Numbered from the stretch's first letter, positions 11,520 to 23,219 are shown. The stretch: 64,000 bases of DNA from Diplonema japonicum (GCA_964019335.1 OZ025679.1:1-64000); one strand, 5' to 3'. Numbers and translations: made by a program. The notes: generated by a model not told the origin, from the letters alone.

Positions 11520-12713
11520 ATGCATGAGCCACAGCGTAAGATGGTGCTTGTGAGTATTCTTATAATAGGAATTCTAACAGTACTTTTGACAACACAGTTA
11601 GAGCTTGATTCGAGTTCGGAAGTTATGAGTGCACACACTCAGAATGCAGGCAGCAGCTTGCCTGAGACGACTAACAGAGGCACCAACAAGGATATGAGCA
11701 AAGAGGCGAGCAAGGACAAGGAAATGAAAGAAGAAGGAACAGCTGCTGGCGTCCCACCGCGGCTGCTGAGAGTGATAGGTGACACCCACGCGAAGAGATT
11801 AAAAACAGGTGATGAGTTACTTCAGGCGGCTAATCACCCGCTAAACTTTTTAGATAATTTCACTAGACCTTATGGTAACCCGACACTAGCACTAGAAACT
11901 CTGCAATCAAACCTCCGCACAGAGGGCTTCGGCAGCATTCCGAACTTGCTGAGCAAAGAAGTTGCCTCAGCGCTGAGGAAGTATCTCCTCTCATTGTTGA
12001 ACGAAGAAGGTGTAGGATGGGCACACAACGAAGGAGAGGACCTAAGAACAGACACACTGGGGAGAGTAATGCATGGACTGCCGAAGAAGTACTATGAGCC
12101 TTTAGAGAAGATTATGACAGATGCGAACTTCATGAAATATCTTTCCGCTTTGATGCCCTGCAAGGAAATGGAGCACCAGAAGTTCCGGATGACCCAGATG
12201 TTCATCACAGTGAACGACAGGATCAGGTGGCATGTGGACTACCCCAACCAGCCGCCCATGGAAGAAGGCAAGACGACTATGTACGGACCTGATTTCTGTC
12301 AGATCAAAACCATCTTCTATTTGCAAGACCACAGTGATGAGGGTCCGGGAAACCCCTCGGCGTTGATGGTCGTGCCGAGAACGCACCTTGCAGAGCCGAA
12401 GTGGTACAAGTGTGGTGGAAAGAACTGCAGCATTGCTCGTAAGCAAATGGTGCCTTCAGCTGAGTATACCAGTGTCAACCTCAAACCCTCACTGGGAGAG
12501 GTACTCGTCATGGACGCGCGGTTGTTGCATGCAGCTGCTGACTATACCCTTACCCTGCCCACAGTCCCCCAGCCCACTCCACGAAAGAACAAGTACCGTG
12601 TTTTCCTGCAGTTCTTGTGGGGCATTGACAACAATAAGCTCACAGATGCCATGCAGCGCAAGAAAGACAAAAACCTCTCCACCAAACATTTCAAACAAAA
12701 ATTGTTCCCGTGA
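11520..12713 (+). CDS. Membrane-anchored Fe(II)/2-oxoglutarate dioxygenase (PhyH-like)
   Basis: N-terminal hydrophobic anchor, WHVD (HxD) and distal DARLLHA metal ligands, ALMVVPRTH. Confidence 0.72.
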   Translation: MHEPQRKMVLVSILIIGILTVLLTTQLELDSSSEVMSAHTQNAGSSLPETTNRGTNKDMSKEASKDKEMKEEGTAAGVPPRLLRVIGDTHAKRLKTGDELLQAANHPLNFLDNFTRPYGNPTLALETLQSNLRTEGFGSIPNLLSKEVASALRKYLLSLLNEEGVGWAHNEGEDLRTDTLGRVMHGLPKKYYEPLEKIMTDANFMKYLSALMPCKEMEHQKFRMTQMFITVNDRIRWHVDYPNQPPMEEGKTTMYGPDFCQIKTIFYLQDHSDEGPGNPSALMVVPRTHLAEPKWYKCGGKNCSIARKQMVPSAEYTSVNLKPSLGEVLVMDARLLHAAADYTLTLPTVPQPTPRKNKYRVFLQFLWGIDNNKLTDAMQRKKDKNLSTKHFKQKLFP

Positions 12714-12915
12714 TCTGCCTCCTAGGTGTGCCTCGATGAAGCAAATATTGTGAAGATGCAAAGTTTTCACGTGCACCTTAACACCATAATACTTCTTCCT
12801 CTAGAGGAGTACTTCAAAGTGTTCCTTGAAAAATTAAAATATATCTTCTAAACTGGGCTTGTGGCTAACATTTATTCCGACTAGTTCTGCGTTAACACAC
12901 AACAGGCGGGGTGGG

Positions 12916-13472
12916 ATGTTAAGAAATACATGTTGTCTGTTGAAGCGGTCGCGGCAGCCGGGGATGTTCATGAAAACATTTTCCGAAGCACAGGTGGGGC
13001 AGCACTTGAACATGGACAGAATATATAGAAATCTCGCAATGGAGAAGCGTGACTATAAACGACCGTGGTGCTTCGAGAAGGACATGCGAGGGTCTGTGAT
13101 ACATCTGACGGTGCACTCCCCCGTGAAGCCCATGCAAGTGGTGGGCACCATTCTCGATGTTTCGCACAACGAAACCAACATGGACGCATGGTATGCACAA
13201 GGGGCATCAACTTAGACACACACAGGGCGCGATTGTTCTTCAGAAAAGGGAAGTCGTTGACTTGGTTAAAAATACCGCTGATGAGCCCTGCCATGGAATA
13301 CAAAATAGTGAGAGACAGAGATGATGTAAAGGTGTGAAGGCGGCATAACAGTAAATTAAGTACATCACAGGTTTGGGAAAACTACATTAAAGAAATGGGC
13401 CATCAGCGAACAATGTGGGACCACGGCCGTGCTAAAAGAGCGAGAAAGGGTGACAACTCATTATTCTGGTAG
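12916..13472 (+). CDS. Small basic protein with mitochondrial-type presequence, possibly divergent mitoribosomal bL19
   Basis: Two short GT-AG introns join three ORF pieces. MLRNTCCLLKRS presequence; KIPLMSPAMEYKIV weakly recalls the bL19 'plySP.i..I.V' motif. Confidence 0.45.
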
Positions 13473-13608
13473 TAACTGTGACAGTTATAAGTGTTTGATG
13501 TTTAATCACAAAATGTCGAATCACATCTGACATGTGGATATTCTAAACTGGTCACACCCTGCAATCCCCCCCCCCCCCCCCCCCCCCCCCCCCTATATTT
13601 CCACTGTT

Positions 13609-16368
13609 ATGGCCTCCAGGATCCTACACATGTTAAGATCCCAATGCCGCAGAGCTATTAGCGAGGATCTCAAAAACCGGCTTCTACAAGGGTGTGTTAA
13701 CACGACGCATCGTGTGATCAATGAACTGGCAGAAGGAGAAAGGAAGGGTGTGTGGCCATGGGATGGGGACACAATGCTGGCACTTGGTATCAACCACCTA
13801 AGCACAGCCGCCATAGATGACTTGAATATATGTACATCATCGGCACACGCACTGGCGTCCATGAAGAAGAGGACAACTGACAAGGTCGCCGTCAAGCGGT
13901 TCGTATCAAATACCGTTCAGGCAGCTTACAACAGTAAATATGAAGGGCTGAGGCCTTGTCAAGCAGGGAGGTTACTTGTTGCCTCTGCTGTGCTAAGAAT
14001 ACAGCAACTGGGCAACTTAGCCCCACTTACCGCAATAGCAGCAGGCGGTATCCCTTCGGAAGAGCTTGCTGTTACCGTGTGGGCAGCTGCCAAATTACAA
14101 ATCTCAGCAGCACACAACAGAGGAGCAGGTCTCGCGACAATAGTTAATGGAGCCCTGCAATACCACCAGGAGCAACCGCTGCCGCTGCCCATCCTCCAGA
14201 CCTTCTCATGGGCAGTTACTGAGCTGGGTCACCAGCAACACATCAGCAACCTGCATACTGATCTCTACAAAGAAACAATGAAGCTCAGGAACGCGACCAT
14301 ATACGACATTGCGATAGCATGTGCTGTGCTGGGTGGTCTGCCTACGAGCACCAAACGGATAGAGAAGTTGCTGTCAAAGATCAACCCCTCAATGCAGCCG
14401 ATTCCAGATGAGCAGGCGGTGGCCATACTTGGCGCGTGCAGCAACAACAATACGCCCCTCCCACAAGGCATTAGCAACAGGCTTGTCCACACACAGGGAA
14501 GCTTCGGGCACTGGATGGCTATTCTGCAGTACACGTACACAACACAGGCAACTGAACACCAGGATGTGGATGACGTGATATGGCAAAGGCTTGAGACATG
14601 TGACTTATCTGCTATAACAGGAGGGCACCTCGCGTTACTGTTGAACATAATTTCGAGAAGGGACCACTCGATCCACAAGTACCACTGCGTCACCAACAGA
14701 CTTGTCGAAGTCAACATCTCTGAATTGGTCAACAAGAGTATCGCCAGTGGCCAGGCCGAGCCGATGTTGTGGCTGCCCCGTGCCTTGGCAAGTGCAGCGC
14801 ACCTGAAGCTTGAGCGGGGGCATACATTTAAAAACAGCCTTGTTAAACATCTAAATGTACGCGATGAAAAATTAGTTAAGGCGAGTGATCAGGTGCTTTC
14901 TAAAATCCTGCAAGCAATCGCCATCGAACAAGGGCAGCCATTCTCCGTGCTAGGCTTGAAAGTCGCAAGGATCCTCAGTCACCGTACCGACCTCAATGCA
15001 CTTATTGTCACCAAGTGCGTTGCTGCAATACAGCAGCTGATTATCAGCGACAAGGACGCGTTGATCAGAAACATTTTGGCGAATACCTCAACCCAACCCA
15101 TCACGAACAAAGAATGCGTCGCGATCATGTCGAGGATCCATGACAACTCCGCCAGGCAGCCCATCGAGATCTGCCTACGTCACCTCGAAAATCCTCAAGC
15201 CATAAAACCCCTTACCCCTACAGAGGTTTGGATGCTTTTGAGCAAGCTGGCTTCCATGTCGTCTGACTCTTACTTCAAAGGACGGGACGTCAGCGGCATC
15301 GCTGATCGTCTTGCACAGCGCAGCGTGCAGCACGACATGCCTTCGTCCAATGTACACCGGTTGCTGTTGTCACTCTCGCAGCTAGGCTACAGTGAGATTG
15401 TTTCCAATACCATCGACAAATGCGGTCGAGATGGCTTTGGCAGCCTGACTCCCAGTCAATGCACGGAGCTGATATCATCGTTAGCACGCACAAAGCTTCG
15501 CGACAAGACTCTCTATAACGAGGCCTACAACATAGTACTCAAGACAAAAGCTTATGAGTCGGCCCCCCTGCCCGAATTAGTGCGCATGCTGTACGGAGCT
15601 TCTGCACTGAAGTATCTGGATGCTAGATTTGCCTCTTTGATTTGTAAGCAATTCCCGAACTTCGATCTGAGCACATTGGACACCATAGACATAGGGTTCC
15701 TGGTGGACGCCCTGTCGAAGTGCGCCAAGTGGCGGAATATGGCTGACATCGCCCGTGCTTCCGAGCAGTGCTGCGCTGCAATGCCTAACATGTTGAACAA
15801 GCTCACTACTATCTCCAAGGTGTGCGTTGTGCATCTGTATGATGTGTACCGCGTGCAGGTCCCACCACATGTGGTGAAGATGCTGACGAACCTCGACAAC
15901 GTGCACAGCTTGGAGGGCGCCAATGCTGCAAAGCTTTTAAATTCCTATAGTAAGCTGGGTATTAACGACGAGCATATTTACAAGGAACTGGTGCAGGTGG
16001 TGTGCGATTCAAAACACGATGGGACAATCTCCATCACCATACGCGCCTACAGGAGAGCAGGCCTCAAGCCACCCGAAGAGCTTATCGAGACTGGACTCGA
16101 CGCGACACTGTCGAAGGGTCAAGGAAACCCTATGTCTGTGAAGGAGATGTTCATGTCGTGTGTGTGGTACGAGTGGTTCGACAGGAACCCCCAAAAGTGC
16201 AAACAACTAGCGGCAAAATTTGTTGCCGACATTGAAGAGAAACGCATCACCCTTAGAAATAATGAGATCCTGTACCTCGTGAGGGTACAAGCAAAGTATC
16301 CCGCCTTCATTTCGCCACAGTTGCTATCTCATCTTCGTGCCTCGCACCAACAAAGGCCGCAGTGCTGA
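13609..16368 (+). CDS. Large alpha-helical repeat protein (FASTK/HPR/RESC-like), probably mitochondrial
   Basis: ~920-aa ORF with MASRILHMLRSQCRR presequence and recurring units such as 'LAVTVWAAAKLQI', 'LLLSLSQLGY', 'LLNSYSKLGI'. Confidence 0.6.
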   Translation: MASRILHMLRSQCRRAISEDLKNRLLQGCVNTTHRVINELAEGERKGVWPWDGDTMLALGINHLSTAAIDDLNICTSSAHALASMKKRTTDKVAVKRFVSNTVQAAYNSKYEGLRPCQAGRLLVASAVLRIQQLGNLAPLTAIAAGGIPSEELAVTVWAAAKLQISAAHNRGAGLATIVNGALQYHQEQPLPLPILQTFSWAVTELGHQQHISNLHTDLYKETMKLRNATIYDIAIACAVLGGLPTSTKRIEKLLSKINPSMQPIPDEQAVAILGACSNNNTPLPQGISNRLVHTQGSFGHWMAILQYTYTTQATEHQDVDDVIWQRLETCDLSAITGGHLALLLNIISRRDHSIHKYHCVTNRLVEVNISELVNKSIASGQAEPMLWLPRALASAAHLKLERGHTFKNSLVKHLNVRDEKLVKASDQVLSKILQAIAIEQGQPFSVLGLKVARILSHRTDLNALIVTKCVAAIQQLIISDKDALIRNILANTSTQPITNKECVAIMSRIHDNSARQPIEICLRHLENPQAIKPLTPTEVWMLLSKLASMSSDSYFKGRDVSGIADRLAQRSVQHDMPSSNVHRLLLSLSQLGYSEIVSNTIDKCGRDGFGSLTPSQCTELISSLARTKLRDKTLYNEAYNIVLKTKAYESAPLPELVRMLYGASALKYLDARFASLICKQFPNFDLSTLDTIDIGFLVDALSKCAKWRNMADIARASEQCCAAMPNMLNKLTTISKVCVVHLYDVYRVQVPPHVVKMLTNLDNVHSLEGANAAKLLNSYSKLGINDEHIYKELVQVVCDSKHDGTISITIRAYRRAGLKPPEELIETGLDATLSKGQGNPMSVKEMFMSCVWYEWFDRNPQKCKQLAAKFVADIEEKRITLRNNEILYLVRVQAKYPAFISPQLLSHLRASHQQRPQC

Positions 16369-16423
16369 TCCTCAAGCATCTTGTAAATCTAATTACACAT
16401 TGCTTACTTGCACTCAGGGTGAG

Positions 16424-17188
16424 ATGAACGAAGCATGGGAGAGGACGCACGGGGAGGTCCCTATTAAGGCGTCGAAGTCGCTCTTTGAGAAGGCCTTCAT
16501 AGGGAGGATGCTTGCCATGGCGATTCAGGCAGTTGATGAAGAGGAGCAAATGACAGATGAAGAAAGGCAATTAGTGATGCACTCGTTCAACAGTGGGGCG
16601 TGTGCTGTACTAGCAAAGGAAACAGACGCTTGTCCTATTCAGTTCGGTGTCTCGGCTGGAGTTGACTTGGAGGGACGTTACCCAGTATTCCAAAACTTTG
16701 GGAAATACTCCAACATGGTGTGTGTGGATGTGGCGATGAATGCAGCGTGTCGCACAAAGGACAGGAAGGTATGCGAAAAGAAGAAAAGTAATGATGATGA
16801 CACTTTGCGGCAACGCGCCAACTCCGATCTTTTTGTGAGAATTTGAAAACTGCACCCTTTGCGCAGGGAGCTGATACAACCATAATAAAATATAGAAAAA
16901 AATAGAAAAATAAAAACACACACCACGCAACAGATGCCGTTGGACATTGGAAAGAAGCACTATGATAAGCTCCATCTTGAAGTGACAAAACCACCGGTGC
17001 AAAAGAAGACAGAACGAGTTCCGAAGAAAACTGCAAAAAAAGCGACACGCCCTGTTAGAGTAATGGAGAAGGAGTTCAAAGCAGAGGTTGGATCACTGCT
17101 GGATACAATGGGTATCGGCGTGCAAGACGAGAATGATCATAACGCGAGCGATGAAGAGTCTCTGGAGGAAGAGCACGGTTTCAGTTAG
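16424..17188 (+). CDS. Hypothetical protein, possibly divergent TFIIA gamma subunit
   Basis: Intron 16769-16933 joins two ORFs in frame. The helix-pair then beta-strand pattern (LFEKAFIGRMLAMAI...LVMHSFNSGACAVLA...DKLHLEV) recalls TFIIA-gamma. Confidence 0.45.
16788..16878 (+). ncRNA. Candidate intronic box C/D snoRNA
   Basis: Box C ATGATGA at 16791-16800 and box D CTGA at 16871-16874, ~80 nt apart, inside an intron four times longer than typical here. Confidence 0.45.
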
Positions 17189-17238
17189 TTATACTTACAA
17201 TTCCTGCAACCAACTATTTTTAAAAAAGGTGCGTGTAC

Positions 17239-18012
17239 ATGATGCAGCGACTAGCAGCTTCTTTCGCGCAGGCCGCCTCGCAGCAAGGCTTCGACATCGC
17301 GCAGGTCTTCACGGCACAACAGTACAACACCATGGCAGCAAAGCTCAACAACGATAGGGTTGCAATGCTCCCTGACTACAATAGAGACGAAGGTTGCGGT
17401 GCTATTCTGGTTGGAAACAGCAAGGCCTTGTGGAAATACTTTGTGGATTGGATGAACGCAAAAGGAAAGGAACGTGCTGCTGCTCTGGAACATCCATTCG
17501 ACGAGTTCACTAAAGAGATACTGTCCAAGGTCGCAGAAGATACATTAGCATCGCATAGTTACCAGTTGTTTTGGAGTGGCGCATGTAAAGACGGCAAACT
17601 TGTTCCCCTGCAGCGCGTAGCGGAAGCTTCCGGTTTGGCTTATTTAGACCACAACACACACCTTTGCTTGCACCCTGTGTTCGGTGCTTGGTTCTCACTG
17701 CGATTGGTGGTTGTTATTGATATCCCCTACACAGAAGAAGCAGCGCCCCTCCTGCCCCCGCTGCTCAGCAAAGAAGAAGAGAGCAAAGCGCAAGTCGCTC
17801 TCCGCCATGCTATCGAAAGCAGCAACACGACCGAGCAGTCCCTGTGCACTACAATGCACAGGCGCTGCGACCATTCCGACTGGCCCTGGCATGTATGGGT
17901 CGCCCTCCGTGATGTTGTCATCCTCGGCCGCGAGCACCGCTTCACGGAGCCGCAGCTGGAATATCACTATACGAAGAATAAGGCTCGATTGATGGAGCAC
18001 GTCTTTTCTTAA
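17239..18012 (+). CDS. MMACHC: Cobalamin-processing enzyme CblC/MMACHC homolog
   Basis: GFDI..F...YN, ILVGNSKALW, HPFD, LQRVAEASGLAY and LHPVFGAWFSLR motifs. Confidence 0.82.
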   Translation: MMQRLAASFAQAASQQGFDIAQVFTAQQYNTMAAKLNNDRVAMLPDYNRDEGCGAILVGNSKALWKYFVDWMNAKGKERAAALEHPFDEFTKEILSKVAEDTLASHSYQLFWSGACKDGKLVPLQRVAEASGLAYLDHNTHLCLHPVFGAWFSLRLVVVIDIPYTEEAAPLLPPLLSKEEESKAQVALRHAIESSNTTEQSLCTTMHRRCDHSDWPWHVWVALRDVVILGREHRFTEPQLEYHYTKNKARLMEHVFS

Positions 18013-18096
18013 GTAACAGATGCTAACAGTTAAGTTCGTGCAGGCATCACATCACACAGGACGCTAAACACACCAAATGCGAGTGCGGGGTTTGTG

Positions 18097-19824
18097 ATGA
18101 AAAACTATTTCTTTGCCTTGCCAATCTTGTTCGTGCTCCGCCTGTTCAGCGGTGGGTCTCAATGCGTGAACTTGCTTATGATAATAGCCATAATGGCGGG
18201 GCTTTACTACTCGAGAAAGTGCAAAGGCATTGCAGAGATGCTGCTATTGTTTGCCGTCGAGACGGTGAGCAACACGATGGCGGTGCTGGGTGTGGTGAAT
18301 CACCCTGACATGAGCATGAAATGGGTGGGGATCATGTTTTTGCTGCAGCTAGCACTGCAAGTTGCCTTTATTCTTCCTTATGTGGCTGACAAGCTGCTGA
18401 TTGATGTCCCTTACGCACGTGTGTGGTGTTTCCCAGCTGCCTTTGCCGGGATGCAGGTTTTCGTGACGGCGGTATCACCTGGGGGGTCTTGGGGGGCTGC
18501 CGGCTTCTGTTTCACGTACAACGTACCTGCTGCTTTGACGCTGCTCTCGTTTTCGGGTCTCTCTGTTGTGCACTTCCTCATGTCGTGGACAGCGGCTTTC
18601 ATAATTACCAATTACATGAACATCACGACGGACGAGCCAGGAGCCCCTAGTTACGCGCGGTACTCTTCAGTCCCGTCCTCACCTGTCCCCGAACGAGACG
18701 ATGATTCTTTGGTCAGAATGAACAGCGCACCGGAGTCACCTTTACGCCAGTACCCCCAGCTTGAAAAAGTATTGCTGAGTCGACTCACTAGCTCGTGTCA
18801 TCGGAACACGTACATCTTGGTTATCCTCTTTTTCCTTACGTACGGCTCTCTTTACAGTTGCATCCCTACACTGTTTGGAAGGAAGGATGACAGAGAGGTC
18901 ATCAATCTGACGTGTATCTCTGTGGCCAATGGGTATGAGGTGTCTGTATCTTCATTGCTGCACACAACACGTGAGGCGGCAATGAACGGGAGCAAGCTCG
19001 TCATGTGGAGCGAAAGGCCGACACTCGTGAACAAGCAGGACGAGGTGCAGATCACGCAGTACGCAACAGAGATGGCAGTGTCAAACAACATCTTTGTGGG
19101 GCTGGCATACGAACTAGGAGACAATGAGCCGGGTTATGACACAACGAGTATGCAAGGGAAAGAAAAGAAACCACACAAAGGTCAGTTCGCATTCATCGAC
19201 CCAGCCGGGAACGGTTCAGTCAAGCTACATGTGGGCAGAGTACACACATCACCTTTTGGGAAAGGCCCTCACACTGACGCACCAGTTGTCCGTGCTGTGA
19301 ACACGTCGCTAGGCAAAGTTGGAGCCATCATGGGTTTCGATCTGTCGTTTCCGCAGTTCGTGCACGACGTTGCGGGGCACGATGTGAAGCTGGTGTTATC
19401 CCCAGCTGAAGACTACGGACCCATCTATGCCATACAGTGGAACCAGGCAGCACTGCGGGCGGTGGAGCAGGGAACCACCATTGTCCACTGCTCATCGATG
19501 TATGGGCTGCTAGTTGTCGATCCTTTTGGCAGGACACTCGCCTCCACACCACCAACGAAGAACCCTGTGTCCATCTTAGTTGCCTCGGTATGCATGGAAG
19601 ATGGAGGGCAACGCACAACACAACAGGTGCCCGTTGGGGATATCGCGACGCCGTATGCTTCTCTTGGCGACACGTTCGGGTTTCTGTGCTTTGCTTTCGC
19701 AGTGCTTTGCCTTCTTCTCGGCAAGGTGCAGGTCCCAAACTCACGTATCAACATCGCAGCGTGGCTGCACTCCCTGATCAACACCTCGGCACCTCCTGTT
19801 CTAAACATAGACTTACAGCATTGA
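18097..19824 (+). CDS. Apolipoprotein N-acyltransferase (Lnt)-like membrane nitrilase-fold protein, catalytic residues altered
   Basis: Multi-TM N-terminus with PGGSWG; CN-hydrolase motifs LVMWSE, RVHTSPF, GAIMGFDLSFP, RAVEQG, DPFGR. Confidence 0.75.
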   Translation: MKNYFFALPILFVLRLFSGGSQCVNLLMIIAIMAGLYYSRKCKGIAEMLLLFAVETVSNTMAVLGVVNHPDMSMKWVGIMFLLQLALQVAFILPYVADKLLIDVPYARVWCFPAAFAGMQVFVTAVSPGGSWGAAGFCFTYNVPAALTLLSFSGLSVVHFLMSWTAAFIITNYMNITTDEPGAPSYARYSSVPSSPVPERDDDSLVRMNSAPESPLRQYPQLEKVLLSRLTSSCHRNTYILVILFFLTYGSLYSCIPTLFGRKDDREVINLTCISVANGYEVSVSSLLHTTREAAMNGSKLVMWSERPTLVNKQDEVQITQYATEMAVSNNIFVGLAYELGDNEPGYDTTSMQGKEKKPHKGQFAFIDPAGNGSVKLHVGRVHTSPFGKGPHTDAPVVRAVNTSLGKVGAIMGFDLSFPQFVHDVAGHDVKLVLSPAEDYGPIYAIQWNQAALRAVEQGTTIVHCSSMYGLLVVDPFGRTLASTPPTKNPVSILVASVCMEDGGQRTTQQVPVGDIATPYASLGDTFGFLCFAFAVLCLLLGKVQVPNSRINIAAWLHSLINTSAPPVLNIDLQH

Positions 19825-19883
19825 CATTGTTTATCGCGGCTGCTGCCAACATACTCAGACAGGATACACTAGTGATGTAGTAG

Positions 19884-22800
19884 ATGGCGGAGAAGAAGAG
19901 TCTAGTCGAGCCAGGTGCAGAGGTCATCACGTATGGGTTGAAGAACAAACCCGAACTCAATGGCGAGAAAGGACGAGTTATAGGGTTTAAGGAGGTAAAC
20001 AATGGACAGGCTGTTGTGGTGCACTTCGGGAACGAGGCGATGATGCTGTTCGCGGACAATATACAAGTGGTGCCCAACAGCACGATCGAAATGCGCATTG
20101 ACACTGCTGACAATGCGCTGTACACGTTGGACGAATTCATCGAGTTCTACGGCACCGAGAAGGGCAAAGCTAGCTGGGACACCTCGAAGAAGTACGAGAC
20201 GGACAAGCCCGTCTATGCAAAGACATATTCCAGCAAGCCAAAACCCAAGGGCAAGAAGCCTAAGCCTAAAGGGAAAAAGCCCAAAGCCAAGGTACTGGGG
20301 AGAACAAAAAAAAAAAAAAAAAAAAAAAAAACACACACACACAGGGAAAGAAAACTAAACCAACACCAGAGCCCGAAGTAGAGCCGGAAGCAGAGCCGGA
20401 AGTTGAGCCGGAGCCTGAACGCGAGGCCTCTCCCGAACCTATAATGCAGCATGGAGGCCGCAGGAAAAGTAAAGACGCTGGGAAAGTAGACAAAAAGAAA
20501 ACGCGTAAGGCGCCGCCGCCACCGCCACCACCTGAGCCCTCTGAACCATCGGAAAGCTCAGCTGACTCGAGTACGGAGTCTGACGCTAGCGGGTCGGGCA
20601 CCAACAGCGAAGAAGAGCGGAGACAGCGGGAGGAAGAAGAACGGAGGAGGGCAAAAAAAGAAAAGAAAAAGGAGGAAGAAAAAAAACGAAAAGCAGAAGA
20701 GAAGGCGGCAAAGAAAAAGCAAAAGGAACAGAAAAAACAGAAGAAAGAGGAAAAAAAGAGGCTTAAAGAAGAAGCTAAACAACGGGAAGAAGAGGAGAAG
20801 AGGAAAGCAGAAGCAGAAGAAAGGGAGGAGGAAGAAAGACGTCGACAAGAAGAAGAAAAGGAGAAAGAAGAGGGCTCGGAGTCCTCCGGCACGTCAAGCT
20901 CCTCGTCCTCAACTAGCTCGGACGAAAGCGAGCAAGCAAAGACCAAGTCGGAAGAGGGACCGAAAGAGGACACTGCAGAAACAAAAGACCCCACAGATCC
21001 CGGGAAGGACGTTGAAGAAAAGGAAGTTGCACAATCAGAAATACCAGAAGCTCCTGAAGTACCTGCTAGCAGAGACTCTTCGGAAAACAAGCCTCTGGTT
21101 AATGAAACCAACACCCACGACGGAACTCACACTCGAGAAGTCACCCCGCCGACCTTCACAGAGCCCACACCTGGCGCACAACCGGCATCTGACCACGGTG
21201 AAGCTGCAAAGAATGTGACACCTGCCCTATCCACACTCACACCTACTGGGCAGCCATTTTACAGCCAAGATGTACAGGCACTTGATACACAGAACCCCCT
21301 CAGCGACCCTCTGCGTCGTCGTGCATACATGACGGAGGAGCTTGAGAAATTCTACAAGAAAAATAACCCCGAAAAGGTGTCTCAGGCGTGGGTTATATGC
21401 GGTCGAGCCATTGACAGGGAACCCGACCTATATAAGAAGCTGGTATGAGGGGTGGAAGAAACTTAATGAACACAGGCTCAGAAATACCCCGAAGCTGTGT
21501 TGGAGTTGGATTGGCTACTGGCCGCCGTCAACGCCAATTCAAAGCAGCTCGCCCGAGAAGTGACAGAAGAAACAGCGAAGGAGGATAACTTTACTTTGTC
21601 GGAGAAGAGCTCACCTGTCCCCTCTGCTGGGAGTGATGAGAGCGCAAGTGCCAGTCCCGAGAGCACACATCCTCACACACCACAGCAGACAGTGCTGTAC
21701 GTACAAGCGCCACCAGAGACCCTCTTCGATCAGTACAGCTCACCTTTTTACAGCACACGAAAGGCAGTAGAAGATCAACAGAAGCTTTACGACGGCTCGC
21801 CCAAGGTAGGTACAGACAACACAATGCAATACTGTACAGGAGGTGCTGCGGAGATCAATTGAAAGCCAGTTGAGAAAAGTAGACTCTCGGTTACTGCAGA
21901 CAGTAGATACACATGCTATGGCTGAGATGTACATTGGAAGAGAGAGAGACTTAGAAAAAGCACTGCTGGCAGCAGCGGGTGGTGCCTATTCAGCGAAAGA
22001 TGGCAAGCTGAGCACAAAAGACGTGAAGCTCAAAACCCCGTACAGGAACTCGACAATCACCACTACATACCAGCCTATGAATTACCACCCGCTGAACGCC
22101 ACTGTGCAATGGCAACGCAAGGGGAGAGCACCAGTAACCCCCACTCCCCTCCTGGAACCCATCCTTGTTGCCCCTGTGCAGTCGCCTGAATTGCAGGAGC
22201 CAATACCAAAACAAGTGCAGATCGTCACACCGGTGGAGTACGCAGAAATGCACACGCCCGAGATGCACATCGTGAGGCAAGTACAACCCTGCGAAATGTC
22301 GACCCAGACAGCTCTCGAAGAGGCAGAGCTTCCTCCTTCACATGGTATGCCCATACCACTGCTGACACTAAACTACAGAGGAATTGCAAGGCTTAATCAA
22401 CCAAATCAAAAAAGAAGATGAAAAAGTAAGGTTGCTCACCAAGCAAACTGGCGAGGCCTCCGAAGCGGCACTGATTGCGACAATACAGAAGAGTGCTGAG
22501 ATGCTCAAGACCACCATCCAGGTGTTTGCTAACTAATGAACCTACCTACTAATCACAGGACGTTGCGAACACAGCTGGTGTACCCTTGCAGTCCGACGGC
22601 GAGGTGGCATTCATACCTGATGTACGGCCTTCTGACAGCTCGCGATGGACGCAAGATGAAGAGCGTGACGCGGAGATTGATGCCTTCCTTGAAAGTGTTG
22701 AAACAGGGAGGTGGGGCTCACTTGCAAAAGAGGACACCAATGCCTCCACTTATGCAGTCCAAGTCCCTTATACGCCATCCCCCCAATACAGGCAACCACA

Positions 22801-23164
22801 GCCGCAGCCCCCGACTGATCTGACTCCCGTCCCACAGCCACGGCAGCCGCCTCTAGCACAGCCTCTTTACCCAACGACAACACCGCCGCCTCCTTCCCAG
22901 CCTGGCATTGCTGAACTAGAAACTCAAATGAAAAACCTGCTTGATCAGCAGCTTCAGCTTGAGCAGAAGATGGGCCTTAAGCCAACAGTAACAGCATCTG
23001 ACCAACTCGGCATCTTGCGGCAGCAAGACCAGCACCTACAGCAGCAGCAGAGCCAGCTCCTGCAAACGCAAGAACAAGAACTTCAGAAACTATCTCTCCA
23101 CACCCCACAGAAGATGGAACCCCCTAGACATGTCCTCCCATACGACCCTTTCGTGATGCTGTAG
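19884..23164 (+). CDS. Large low-complexity/coiled-coil hypothetical protein, 6 exons
   Basis: Five short GT-AG introns join ORFs 19884, 20444, 21497, 21843, an unlisted exon at ~22380-22521, and 22586 in frame. N-terminal GLKNKPELNGEKGRV SH3/KOW-like module; K/E-rich and P/Q-rich tracts. Confidence 0.65.
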
Positions 23165-23219
23165 TTTATGTTTGTTGTTATCATGCTCTTTGCAAGTTGC
23201 TCACATTTGCAGATCCACC

